DNA of 45,582 bases from positions 1-45,582 of the forward strand of contig JAEEWP010000002.1 of NCBI GenBank assembly GCA_016287465.1. The letters are read 5' to 3'. Position numbers and translations under genes: made by a program. Numbering within the stretch: the stretch's first letter is position 1; each line of letters begins with the position of its first letter. Source of the stretch: Bacillales bacterium. Its GTDB lineage: Bacteria > Bacillota_I > Bacilli_A > RFN20 > CAG-826. Shown here one piece after another: positions 14,328-23,134 of this stretch. A model generated the notes under the pieces. That model saw only the letters and a program-made list of their open reading frames with translations. It was not told the origin of the DNA and made no database searches.

Positions 14328-17311
14328 TATGCGTTACCTCCTTCAGTGTTTTCTTCACTGCCTTTTGGTTCAACCTTCTTGACGAAAGTGAAGATGACGA
14401 AGCAAGCGATTGAGGCAAGAGCGAAGGCGCCGATGACGCCATCGATGGACCAGACGACTGGTTTCCACCACTTGAACATCTCTTTTGGTCCTTCTTCGAC
14501 TTCGGAACCATCGCCCTTCTCAGCGGCGGCGCGTCCTGCGTCACCCATCCAAGACTGGGCGTAGGCGTACATGATGTCCTTATTTGCTTTCTGGCAAAGC
14601 TGGAGTAAGTAGCCATCATCGTTGCCGGTGATAAGCTGACGGATCTGGGAACCACGTCCACCATCGAGACAGAAGACTTCGGTTCCGCCAAGGATCATGG
14701 CAGCGGTGTTGGAGTAGCTATCGTTGTTGCCACCAGTGAGAGCGTCGTCGATGATGAGACCTTTGTAGGCCCATTCGCCACGCATGACGTTGAAGGCAAG
14801 TTTATCGTGGGCGGCGGCATAACGGAGACCGATACGGTTGTAAGAGGTCATGATGCCAAGACCTTCACCTTTGGTGAGGGCACCTTCGAATGGTTTGAGG
14901 TAGATTTCGCGGATGGCCTGCTCGTTGCAGAAGGTCGCGATTCTCTGACGGTTGGTTTCCTGGTTGTTGAGGAAGCAGTGTTTGATGTTCATGATCAAAC
15001 CTTTTTCGCGAGCAGCTTTGATGATGTTGCTGGCGGTGTAGTAGTTCATGACACCGTCTTCTGACATGTACTCAGAAGCACGGGAAGTGTAGGCGGTACG
15101 GCAGATGTTGGCGCCTGGGGCGTTGACACCGGAGACACCGCAGTAAAGGGCATCTTCACCATAGTATCTACCGACGTTGGCTTGCATCTTGTGATCCCAA
15201 GTCGAGGTGTAGACAGGACCGGTGGCGAAGCCAGTGGCCCAGCGGCCATCACCATAGGCGTATGGCATGAGAAGTCCTTCTGGACCTTCGGCGATGGAGT
15301 TGGTTGGCTTACCGACGCTTGGAACGGCGAGGATACCACGGTTGTCGGACATGGAGATGGTGAGATCGTTGAGGGACATCTGTTTGATGAAGTCATCCCA
15401 ACGTGGATCATCGTATTCCCAAGTGGCGACATCGGAGAATTTGATCTTCTCTGGGAGCTCGACGCTGTAGAGTTCGCCTTCACCATCTTTATAAGAAGGG
15501 GCATCGTCTGGTTTGCTATAAAGTCTGCTCATGTTCATGGCATCTTTCATAGCCTGGGTCTGGGTGATGTTGTGATCTGGACCAGTTGGCCAGGTATCCT
15601 GCCAGTTGTCACGGCTGAGATAGGTGATCTTCTCACTATCCTGGGCCCAGTAGTTGACGTCAGCGTCTTCGAACTGGTTCTTGACGTCGACTTCTTTGTT
15701 GTAGATGGACTTGGCATAGGCATTTTCGGCACCAGTGATGTCGAGCTCTTTGACGCACTCAAGGTCAGCGGTGTAGCTGTTGCCTCTGTGGTCGACGAGG
15801 GCTTTTCCTGGAGCGGTCTTGCCAAGGATGTTGTTAAGGGCTTCGTGGACGCCGTTGCCGCAAGCGAAGTAGTACTTGCCGCTATCAAGGACATAGCCGC
15901 CTTTGCCGTTATTCTTCTCGGCATCGTAGGAAGCGAGGAAGTAACGTGGGGCTCTGATGGTGGCAGTCTTCTTTTCTTTGGCTGGGACGGTGACCTTTTC
16001 GTAGCCAAGGAGCTGAATGGCGGATTTTGGAAGTCCACCCTCGGTGTATGGGACCTGAGCGAAGAGCTGAGCGGCATCCATGCCTTCTCTGTCTCCGAGG
16101 TTCTCGATTTCGATCTCAGCGACGATCTCGTCTTTTTCAGCGTCATAGCTGAGGGAGGTCATCTTCTGTTTGAAGTCGACGTAGCTAAGACCATAGCCGA
16201 ATGGGTAAGCGACCTCGTGGCTATAGGTCCAGTTGGTATCGCCGTCTTCATAGACACCGGCATCGCCGTTGGCGTTGCCTCTCTCTAAGACGCAGTCGGC
16301 ATAACGGGTCTCATAGTACTTGTAGCCGACGTAGATGCCTTCTTGGTAGATGACGTAGTTTCCGGAGGCACCGCTGCCCTTGAAGCCAGGGTTGCCGAAG
16401 TTCTGGAAGGCTGCGCTGTTGGAGCAGTGAGCTGGGAACGTGACGCAGGTGTGGCCTGATGGGTTGGCTTTGCCAATAAGGACGTTGGCAACGCCTTCCA
16501 TGGAATAGTAGCCAGGAACGCCGAAGTAGAGAACGGCATCAACGCCATACTCTTCTTCATCAGCGTAATGAAGCGACATTGGGAATGGGGAGTTGATCAT
16601 GACGATGGTCTTCTGGAACTGACCGGAGTCTTTGATCATCTTAAGCAAGGCAGCCTCGTTTGGTTTGAGGTCGAGGGCGCCTTTGGCTGGGTCGCTATCC
16701 TCGGTACCGCAGCGGCGGAAGACGACGATGGCGGCGCCATTGTAATCTTTGAAGGTGTTCTTGACAGCGTCAGTGTAGATGCTGACTGGCTGCTCTGGAT
16801 CGCTATTGCTCGAAGCGGAGACTCTCTCAGGGGAGAATTTCGCGGTTGGGCTGTAAAGATTCCAGACGGTTGGGTTCATCTCAATCTTAGCTTTCTCGAA
16901 AGCTTCGCTGAGACGGACGACATAGGCATCGTTTGGGGCGGCACCACCGGCGCCGGAACGATGGAATAAGTGAGCGGCGTTGTAACCGAAGACGGTGACT
17001 TTACGCTCGTTCTCTGCCAGCGGAAGGACGTTGTTGTCATTCTTGAGAAGGACGGAACCTTGTTCCTCTTCCTTGACGCAGAAATCGTAAGAGGCTTTGA
17101 TCATTCTCTTCCAGCCTTCGTCGGAAAGACTGCCGTCTTCCTCGGCGAATTCGGAACGGAAGCTCTTCTCGATTGTCTGAACGTTCAGTCCAAGTTCGTT
17201 GTTGATGAGGTTCTCATATGGGCCGAAAGCCAATGTGGAACCTGCAGCAGCAATGACAGAAAGACTGAGTCCAACTGCTGATAAACCTAGCCAAAAGTTA
17301 GATTTTTTCAT
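14327..17311 (-). CDS. Glycoside hydrolase family 3 (beta-glucosidase/xylosidase type), domain-permuted, membrane anchored
   Basis: Start reassigned to MKKSNFW (ATG at 17311). GH3 sandwich-domain blocks (VLLKNDNNVLPL, ANPSGHTCVTFP, FGYGLSY) lie at the N-terminus. Catalytic-barrel blocks KHCFLNNQETNR (14948..14983), TSYNRIG and GLIIDDA lie near the C-terminus. A C-terminal TM helix is present (VIGAFALASIACFVIFTFV). Confidence 0.9.
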   Translation of the reverse strand: MKKSNFWLGLSAVGLSLSVIAAAGSTLAFGPYENLINNELGLNVQTIEKSFRSEFAEEDGSLSDEGWKRMIKASYDFCVKEEEQGSVLLKNDNNVLPLAENERKVTVFGYNAAHLFHRSGAGGAAPNDAYVVRLSEAFEKAKIEMNPTVWNLYSPTAKFSPERVSASSNSDPEQPVSIYTDAVKNTFKDYNGAAIVVFRRCGTEDSDPAKGALDLKPNEAALLKMIKDSGQFQKTIVMINSPFPMSLHYADEEEYGVDAVLYFGVPGYYSMEGVANVLIGKANPSGHTCVTFPAHCSNSAAFQNFGNPGFKGSGASGNYVIYQEGIYVGYKYYETRYADCVLERGNANGDAGVYEDGDTNWTYSHEVAYPFGYGLSYVDFKQKMTSLSYDAEKDEIVAEIEIENLGDREGMDAAQLFAQVPYTEGGLPKSAIQLLGYEKVTVPAKEKKTATIRAPRYFLASYDAEKNNGKGGYVLDSGKYYFACGNGVHEALNNILGKTAPGKALVDHRGNSYTADLECVKELDITGAENAYAKSIYNKEVDVKNQFEDADVNYWAQDSEKITYLSRDNWQDTWPTGPDHNITQTQAMKDAMNMSRLYSKPDDAPSYKDGEGELYSVELPEKIKFSDVATWEYDDPRWDDFIKQMSLNDLTISMSDNRGILAVPSVGKPTNSIAEGPEGLLMPYAYGDGRWATGFATGPVYTSTWDHKMQANVGRYYGEDALYCGVSGVNAPGANICRTAYTSRASEYMSEDGVMNYYTASNIIKAAREKGLIMNIKHCFLNNQETNRQRIATFCNEQAIREIYLKPFEGALTKGEGLGIMTSYNRIGLRYAAAHDKLAFNVMRGEWAYKGLIIDDALTGGNNDSYSNTAAMILGGTEVFCLDGGRGSQIRQLITGNDDGYLLQLCQKANKDIMYAYAQSWMGDAGRAAAEKGDGSEVEEGPKEMFKWWKPVVWSIDGVIGAFALASIACFVIFTFVKKVEPKGSEENTEGGNA

Positions 17312-17816
17312 AGTTTCCTTTCTGCGCATTTGCGCGCAACTATATTTATAGTCGCCTATTATCAAAAGATATGTGAGCGCTTCCAAAAAGGATTATTTTG
17401 CGATTTTTAGTTTCTTTTCTTTCAATCTGGTTTGAATAACAAAGTGACGTTTCTTGCGTTTTCGGAGGGGTTTTGGGGGTCAAAATCCGCAACATAATCG
17501 ATTTTCGAAAAGGCGAAAAACAACAAAATTGTCATAATTGCCTCCCCTGCTTTTTGTGACCCGAAAACCTAGATCGTAAAAAGATTTTTCCTTTAATGCA
17601 CATTCAGGGAAATTAAGAAATTATGCTATCTTTTTAACTTTCTTGACTGAAAAAGCAAGCGGTTACGCGACTATTTACGATGTCAAACTTTTGTATAGTT
17701 TGTACAAAGAAAGTCAATTGTAAAAACCGCAAAAAATAGATAATCATGTTATATGGACAAAGTTGCGTTTTTTGATTAACATTAATTGCACATTTTCTTT
17801 CGATTTTTTTGAACCT

Positions 17817-18773
17817 ATGGAAAGCAGTCGTATTGAGGTCGTCAAGTACCCTAAGGTCAAACACATCAAGATGTTCGTCAACAAGATCAAGTTCGTCGAG
17901 AACCATCTTCATAACGACTTCGAGATCCTTTTGAATTTGACTGGAAAAGGCATCCTTGAGATCAATAACGCCACCTACTTATATGGTCCTGGCGACATCA
18001 TTTTCATCAACTCCGGCGACGTCCATAGCATCTCCTCCCACTTGGATGAGGACAACAAATCGCGTGCGAGCGGGCCTACATCCCTCTTCATTCAGATCAG
18101 CAACCACTTCTTAAGGGAATATTTCCCGCAGATCCATAGCTCCGTCTTCAAAAGCGGAAACCTCCGTTCTTCCTTAAGCGCGGACGATTATACGCGTATC
18201 AGCAAGCTTTTCACCGATGCGGCGATTGCTTATTTCTCGGAGACCAACTACTTCCAGCTCGATGTCGTTGCCTCTATCTCTAAGGCCTTAGCCTACGTCT
18301 ACCGCCACCTCGACTACAAAGTCATCAATGAGGTCCAGAAAGAGAGAATCAATCGCAAGAAGAGCAGGATGGAGAGAATCATCTCTTATATCGACGCGAA
18401 CTTCGACTCCCAGATTAGACTCGAGGATATCGCTACAAAAGAGAATCTCTCTGTCACCCACTTATCCCATATCTTCTCCTCTTCCTTCGGAATGACCTTC
18501 CAGGAATTCGTCAACATCAAGAGGATGGAACAGTGTATCCGTCTTATGGCCAACAAAGAGAAGACCCTCCTTGAGATCTCTTACGAATCAGGATTCTCCG
18601 ATTCCAAATACATGAACAAGATGTTCTTAAAGAGATTTGGATGCACCCCTAAGGAATATAGAAAGAAATACGGCACCTATTACGATGGACCTGCACCGGA
18701 GACAGGCAAATTCGAGCTCATCTATAACGATCAGGATTCCCTCAAAGCCGTTGAGAAATATATCGGCAAATAA
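17817..18773 (+). CDS. AraC/XylS family transcriptional regulator
   Basis: N-terminal cupin-like block (GPGDIIFINSGDVHSI). C-terminal double HTH (LEDIATKENLSVTHLSHIF...GFSDSKYMNKMFLKRFGCTPKEYR). The track ORF starts at a TTG; I prefer the first ATG at 17817, though its SD is weak. Confidence 0.88.
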   Translation: MESSRIEVVKYPKVKHIKMFVNKIKFVENHLHNDFEILLNLTGKGILEINNATYLYGPGDIIFINSGDVHSISSHLDEDNKSRASGPTSLFIQISNHFLREYFPQIHSSVFKSGNLRSSLSADDYTRISKLFTDAAIAYFSETNYFQLDVVASISKALAYVYRHLDYKVINEVQKERINRKKSRMERIISYIDANFDSQIRLEDIATKENLSVTHLSHIFSSSFGMTFQEFVNIKRMEQCIRLMANKEKTLLEISYESGFSDSKYMNKMFLKRFGCTPKEYRKKYGTYYDGPAPETGKFELIYNDQDSLKAVEKYIGK

Positions 18774-18774
18774 A

Positions 18775-18806
18775 CAAAAAACCCATGCAAATCATGGGTT
18801 TTTCTT
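18775..18806. terminator. Bidirectional terminator between the AraC gene and the esterase operon
   Basis: AAAAAA-CCCATG-CAAAT-CATGGG-TTTTTCTTT. There is an A-run on one side and a T-run on the other, between convergent genes. Confidence 0.75.
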
Positions 18807-18820
18807 TAATTTTGCTAGGG

Positions 18821-19885
18821 TCATTCGATGATGTTGTTGTCCACCAAGATATTGCCATAGGCTTCACCCAAACGGATGCAGTCTTTGGTGATGTAATGGT
18901 ATTTGTTGAAACCGCCATCGAGGTCACTATTGCCACCGATCTGGAGCTTTAAGCCACCTTCATCGATGAAGGAACCGTTAATGATGTAATTGTTCTCTCC
19001 CTCTTCGGCAATGGCTTTCTTCATGTCATTGAGGCCACCCTTTCTCTCGGCGTTATAGCCGATACGCCCGCCATCATAGATGGTGCAGTCGACGAAGGCG
19101 ATGTTCTCGCCATCCTCATCCACCGCATTCGGAGCGAACTCACTTCTGAACTCGGAGATGAGATGCCTCATCTGGGTGCCGTAGTTAGCGTTATTGCCAT
19201 CGGATTCGCCCTGGTGCCAAAGCCATGCTTTGATTTCTGGCTCAAAACCAAGTTCTTCGATAAGCTCAAGGTTATTGTGAACGAACTCCTTGGTCTCGGT
19301 CCAAAGCTTACCTTCGGTACCGTTGCCATCCTCGGCAGTACGCCAAATGTATTCTTTGTTGACGCCATTCTGGTCGCCTAAGGATGAGCCACCATATGCG
19401 CTCTTGATGAAGAAGATTGGCGTCTCTTCGGAAGCTTTTTCTCTAAGGATATTGGCAAGACCGATCTCAGGCCCGATGAATCTTGTCTGGTTCGCCATGC
19501 CGACAGAGAGGTTTTTGAATTCTCCTGCCATAGGATCATCCATGTTCGAGGCGTTCACCTTGATTGGGTTCTCATATGGATAGAAGCAACGGAAGGACAT
19601 CTGAATCTCTGGGACGTTGCCTTCGATATAGTCACTGGCATCATATTCGGTGCCAAGTTCTTCGAATGCTTTCTCAAGCCAATTGTCATCGTCTTCCTTG
19701 TGGTTAGCGTTAGCTTTCTCGCCCCAAAGAGTGCTGCCTTCCATGTTGGATTGGCCAGACATGACGATGACTTGGGCTTTCTTAGGCCCTTCTTCCACTG
19801 GAGTTGAGGATGCTTTCGGAGCGTCGTTACAAGAAGCAAGCCCCAAAGAGAGCAAGACGGAAGTAACTAATAATCTTTTCTTCAT
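18821..19885 (-). CDS. SASA/CE6-type (GQSNM) carbohydrate O-acetylesterase lipoprotein, paralog 1
   Basis: Lipobox LASC. Blocks VIVMSGQSNMEGST and WLWHQGESD, typical of the sialate O-acetylesterase (SASA, DUF303)/CE6 SGNH-like fold. The SD AAGGTGA overlaps the stop of the upstream paralog. Confidence 0.8.
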   Translation of the reverse strand: MKKRLLVTSVLLSLGLASCNDAPKASSTPVEEGPKKAQVIVMSGQSNMEGSTLWGEKANANHKEDDDNWLEKAFEELGTEYDASDYIEGNVPEIQMSFRCFYPYENPIKVNASNMDDPMAGEFKNLSVGMANQTRFIGPEIGLANILREKASEETPIFFIKSAYGGSSLGDQNGVNKEYIWRTAEDGNGTEGKLWTETKEFVHNNLELIEELGFEPEIKAWLWHQGESDGNNANYGTQMRHLISEFRSEFAPNAVDEDGENIAFVDCTIYDGGRIGYNAERKGGLNDMKKAIAEEGENNYIINGSFIDEGGLKLQIGGNSDLDGGFNKYHYITKDCIRLGEAYGNILVDNNIIE

Positions 19886-19894
19886 AGTTTCACC

Positions 19895-20971
19895 TTAATG
19901 TTCGATGATGTCGTTATCGATAAGAATGTTGCCATAGGCCTCACCGAGTCTGAATAAGTCTTTGGTGACGTAGTGATATGTGTCGTAGCAGCCACCTAAG
20001 TTCTGGTTGCCACCGATCTCAAGACCTAAGCCTTCGCTGTCTTTGCAGGAAGCGTTGATGATGTAGTTGTTCTCGCTTTCTTCGGCGATGTTCTTTTTGG
20101 TCTGGTTGAGGGTATCGACACCACTATAAGTGAGACGGGTACCATCGTAGATGGTGCAGTCGACGAAGGCGATGTTGTCGCCATCTTCCTCTGGGGCGTA
20201 TTCAGCGAATTCTTCTCTGAATTCTCCAAGGAGGTGACGCATGAAGACGCCATACTGCTCTTCGCCAGCCTGGGCGTTGTTATCGGTATCGGATTCACCC
20301 TGGTGCCAAAGCCATGCTTTGATCTCTGGGTGGAAGCCAGCATCTTCGATTAATTTGAGGTTATTGTGGACGAACTGCTTGGTCTCGGTCCAAAGCTCAC
20401 CTTCTTCACCGTTGTTGTCACTAGCGACTTTCCAATGTTTCTTGGAGCCATTTTGGATTTTGAAGGAAGAGCCAGAGAATGCGCTCTTGATGAGATAGAC
20501 AGGTTTTTCTTCTGTTCCAACTTCATTGCTATGAAGGACGTTTCCTAAACCGATCTCTGGTCCCATGGCAACATCTTTTTGCCCCATGCCAACCTTAAGA
20601 TTAAGGAATTTGCCTGCCATCTTATCAGTGGTATTGGAAGCGTGCGCGTTAGCGGCTGGATTGCCTCCACCATATGGATAATATCCGCGGTATGAGCACT
20701 GGATGTCTGGCATGCCATCGAAGAAGATGTCGGCGTCGATAGGATCATGTCCTTCTTGGACGAGCTCTTCGCAGGCGTTTCTAAGCCAGCCTTGGCCATT
20801 GTCGTAATAGGTGCTGCCTTCCATGTTGGACTGGCCAGACATGACGATGACCTGGACTTTAAGCGGATCCTCTTCAACTGGAGGCACACTTGATGTGGCT
20901 GGAGCTGGTTTGTCGCAGCCTGCTAAAGCAAGAGCCAAAAGCAAAGAAGATAGGGTTAATGTTTTTTTCAT
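19895..20971 (-). CDS. SASA/CE6-type (GQSNM) carbohydrate O-acetylesterase lipoprotein, paralog 2
   Basis: Lipobox LAGC with the same GQSNMEGST and WLWHQGESD blocks. It sits 9 nt upstream of paralog 1. Confidence 0.8.
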   Translation of the reverse strand: MKKTLTLSSLLLALALAGCDKPAPATSSVPPVEEDPLKVQVIVMSGQSNMEGSTYYDNGQGWLRNACEELVQEGHDPIDADIFFDGMPDIQCSYRGYYPYGGGNPAANAHASNTTDKMAGKFLNLKVGMGQKDVAMGPEIGLGNVLHSNEVGTEEKPVYLIKSAFSGSSFKIQNGSKKHWKVASDNNGEEGELWTETKQFVHNNLKLIEDAGFHPEIKAWLWHQGESDTDNNAQAGEEQYGVFMRHLLGEFREEFAEYAPEEDGDNIAFVDCTIYDGTRLTYSGVDTLNQTKKNIAEESENNYIINASCKDSEGLGLEIGGNQNLGGCYDTYHYVTKDLFRLGEAYGNILIDNDIIEH

Positions 20972-21068
20972 ATAGAGAAAACCTCTTTTCCATAGAAAAC
21001 TTTAGCAAGGAAGCGCTTTCAAATAAAGAGACAGTTTTTCTCTTTCCTTATGACATTCTTGGCGTTTT

Positions 21069-21097
21069 TTTATTAAAAAGAATAAAAAGGGTATAAT
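21069..21097 (+). promoter_or_regulatory. Candidate promoter giving a leaderless cls mRNA
   Basis: TATAAT at 21092..21097 lies exactly 7 nt before the cls ATG (21105) and there is no SD. The -35 is weak (TTTATT at 17-nt spacing). Confidence 0.4.
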
Positions 21098-21104
21098 TAT
21101 CACT

Positions 21105-22712
21105 ATGAAGAAGTTCTGGAGAACCGTCACATCACCGAAGCTCTTATTCGCTATTCTCATCATCCTTGAGATATTCCTCATCGTCGGAGGATATATCTTC
21201 CTTGATTCCTATCTCGCCGTCGTACTTGAAAGCGAGGTCGAGAATGCCGAAAACCTTGCTGACTTCATCAAAATCCTCGTCGTCCTTATCTTCAGGGTCG
21301 CTTTATCGATCGTCGCCTTAGTGGTCTTCTTCAAGATCATCAACCGCGAGGAGAACCCGGAATACAAGATCCCTTGGATCACCTTCCTTTTCCTCTTCCC
21401 TGCCATCACCCTCACCTTCTACTTCGTCTTCGTCCGTGTCCGCATGAGAAGGAAGGACGCGAAGATCGTCGTCCCGACCATGAAATACCTTGATAATAAA
21501 GCCAAGGAACACGCGGATATCGAAAAGGCCAATGAAGAAGAAATAGAGCCGAATTGCCGGGGAATTTTCCATTATCTCCACGAAACGACAAGGCTTTTCA
21601 CCTCGAAAAACAATAGGCTGACCTACTTTAAGAACGGTGAGGAATTCTTCCCTTCTCTTATTGAAGATCTCAAGAAAGCCAAGAAGTTCATCTTCTTAGA
21701 GTTCTTCATCATCGCCGAAGGCAAATGGTACAAGAAGACCCTTGAGGTCCTTAAAGAAAAAGCCAAGGAAGGCGTCGATGTCAGGATCATCTTTGATGAC
21801 ATCGGCTGCAATAGAACCATCCCAGGCAACTTCGTCCATAAGCTCAAGAAGATGGGAATCACCGCTTATCCTTTCCATCCGATCACCCCAATCCTCTCTA
21901 ACCTCATCAATAACAGAGACCACCGCAAAATAGTTATCATTGACCATCAGATTGGCTATACGGGCGGCATGAACCTCGCGGATGAGTACGCGAACGACAA
22001 GAAGAGATTCGGATACTGGAAAGACACGATGATCAAGATCGAAGGCGAAGGCATCAAAGACCTCATCGTCACCTTCCTTCAGAACCACGACTTATGCACC
22101 CACAAGATAACGGATTATTCGATCTTCACCAAAGGTGATGATTATCCTCATTTCGAGGATAAAGGCGCTGCGTTCTTCTTTGGTGACACCCCTGGGCCAT
22201 ATGACGATAATGAGCAAGTCGGTGAGCAGAATTACATCAACATGCTGAGTGTCGCCACAAAGAGGGTTGATATATCAACTCCATACCTCATTTGCACATA
22301 TCCTCTTATCAGAGCGCTTCAGAGTGCGGCTAAGCGTGGCGTTGAGGTCAATCTCATCGTCCCAGGCATCCCAGATAAGAAGATCGTCTACTGGATGGCC
22401 AAATGCCAGTTCCATCTCTTCCTTGAAAGCGGAATCCATGTTTATACATACACGCCTGGCTTCAACCATCAGAAAGGCATGCTTGTCGATGATAAAGTCG
22501 CCTGCGTTGGCACGATCAACTTCGATTTCAGATCTTTGACCCACCACTTCGAGGATGCGATGGTCATATATGACGCACCGTGTTTGAGGGATATCAAAAA
22601 AGACTTCGAGGAGATGATCAGTGTCTCCAAGAAAGTCCCTGTCGATTTCAAGGCGAACGCTTTCCAGAGATTCGTTTCTGGGGTCTTTAAGATCTTCCGC
22701 GTTCTCTTGTAG
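21105..22712 (+). CDS. cls: Cardiolipin synthase
   Basis: 535 aa with two N-terminal TM helices and two PLD HKD motifs (HRKIVIIDHQIGYTGGMN and HQKGMLVDDKVACVGTIN). Confidence 0.95.
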   Translation: MKKFWRTVTSPKLLFAILIILEIFLIVGGYIFLDSYLAVVLESEVENAENLADFIKILVVLIFRVALSIVALVVFFKIINREENPEYKIPWITFLFLFPAITLTFYFVFVRVRMRRKDAKIVVPTMKYLDNKAKEHADIEKANEEEIEPNCRGIFHYLHETTRLFTSKNNRLTYFKNGEEFFPSLIEDLKKAKKFIFLEFFIIAEGKWYKKTLEVLKEKAKEGVDVRIIFDDIGCNRTIPGNFVHKLKKMGITAYPFHPITPILSNLINNRDHRKIVIIDHQIGYTGGMNLADEYANDKKRFGYWKDTMIKIEGEGIKDLIVTFLQNHDLCTHKITDYSIFTKGDDYPHFEDKGAAFFFGDTPGPYDDNEQVGEQNYINMLSVATKRVDISTPYLICTYPLIRALQSAAKRGVEVNLIVPGIPDKKIVYWMAKCQFHLFLESGIHVYTYTPGFNHQKGMLVDDKVACVGTINFDFRSLTHHFEDAMVIYDAPCLRDIKKDFEEMISVSKKVPVDFKANAFQRFVSGVFKIFRVLL

Positions 22713-22761
22713 CTTCCTTACATTGTTGCCAAATATCTAGATGGTAGGTTAAAATACAAAA

Positions 22762-22812
22762 GAGTCCTCGCGAGTACTATTATGGCATTAACATCTCGAG
22801 GCTCTTTTTATT
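22762..22812 (+). terminator. cls terminator (hairpin of repeat copy 1)
   Basis: GAGTCCTCG...CGAGGCTC stem followed by TTTTTATT, 50 nt after the cls stop codon. Confidence 0.7.
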
Positions 22813-22872
22813 ACTATAAGTCACTCATATAAGGCATATTCACTTTGTAAACAATCGAGTTATAATAAGACC

Positions 22873-22932
22873 ATAAGAACGGAGTCCTCACAAGCACTTT
22901 ATGGTTGTTGTCTTAGGAGGCTCTTTTTTATT
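22873..22932 (+). ncRNA. Candidate small RNA, unit 2 (about 60 nt)
   Basis: TTCACT (22839..22844), a 16-nt spacer, then TATAAT (22861..22866). A hairpin GAGTCCTC...GAGGCTC and TTTTTTATT follow. There is no coding potential conserved between the copies. Confidence 0.35.
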
Positions 22933-22992
22933 ACTATAAGTCGCTCATATCAGGCATATTCACTTTGTAAAAATTCGAGTTATAATAAGACC

Positions 22993-23052
22993 ATAAGAAC
23001 GGAGTCCTCGCGAACACTTTAATGGAGTTAGTTGTGAGGCTCTTTTATTTTA
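22993..23052 (+). ncRNA. Candidate small RNA, unit 3 (about 60 nt), with a 3' end overlapping the convergent small ORF
   Basis: Identical promoter-like box (TATAAT at 22981..22986). A 13-bp hairpin GAGTCCTCGCGAAC...GTTGTGAGGCTC is followed by TTTTATTTT. Confidence 0.35.
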
Positions 23053-23134
23053 CTAGCCAGGCCAATAAGGATAATAAGAGACAAATCAGAGCGATCTTAA
23101 GAAGGCTTGCGTCTTCTTTTTGAAGGTCTTTCAT
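23045..23134 (-). CDS. Hidden small ORF, 29 aa, hydrophobic (MKDLQKEDASLLKIALICLLLSLLAWLVK)
   Basis: Below the ORF-track length cutoff. The ATG is preceded by GAGGTG at 7-nt spacing. It has a single predicted TM helix and its stop codon lies inside the T-run of repeat unit 3. Confidence 0.4.
   Translation of the reverse strand: MKDLQKEDASLLKIALICLLLSLLAWLVK

Larger units (their letters stand above)
22762..23043 (+). repeat. Tandem repeat, 120-bp period, 2.35 copies; each copy is a hairpin plus T-run followed by a promoter-like spacer
   Basis: GAGTCCTC recurs at 22762, 22882 and 23002, and TTACTATAAG at 22811 and 22931. The 78-nt spacer is nearly identical between copies while the hairpin interiors have diverged. 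Confidence 0.9.

Noticed and set aside
15182-16288. 368-aa plus-strand ORF, with smaller ones at 14807..15064 and 16568..17281, antisense to the GH3 gene
   Set aside because: It is a shadow ORF on the opposite strand of a gene with unambiguous GH3 motifs. The translation is low-complexity (V/G/D/F-rich) and has no start context. This is typical of a GC3-biased gene.
22762-23043. Could the repeat region be a CRISPR array?
   Set aside because: There are only 2.35 copies. The conserved part is 78-90 nt and the variable part sits inside a hairpin. There are no cas genes. The period and architecture do not fit CRISPR.
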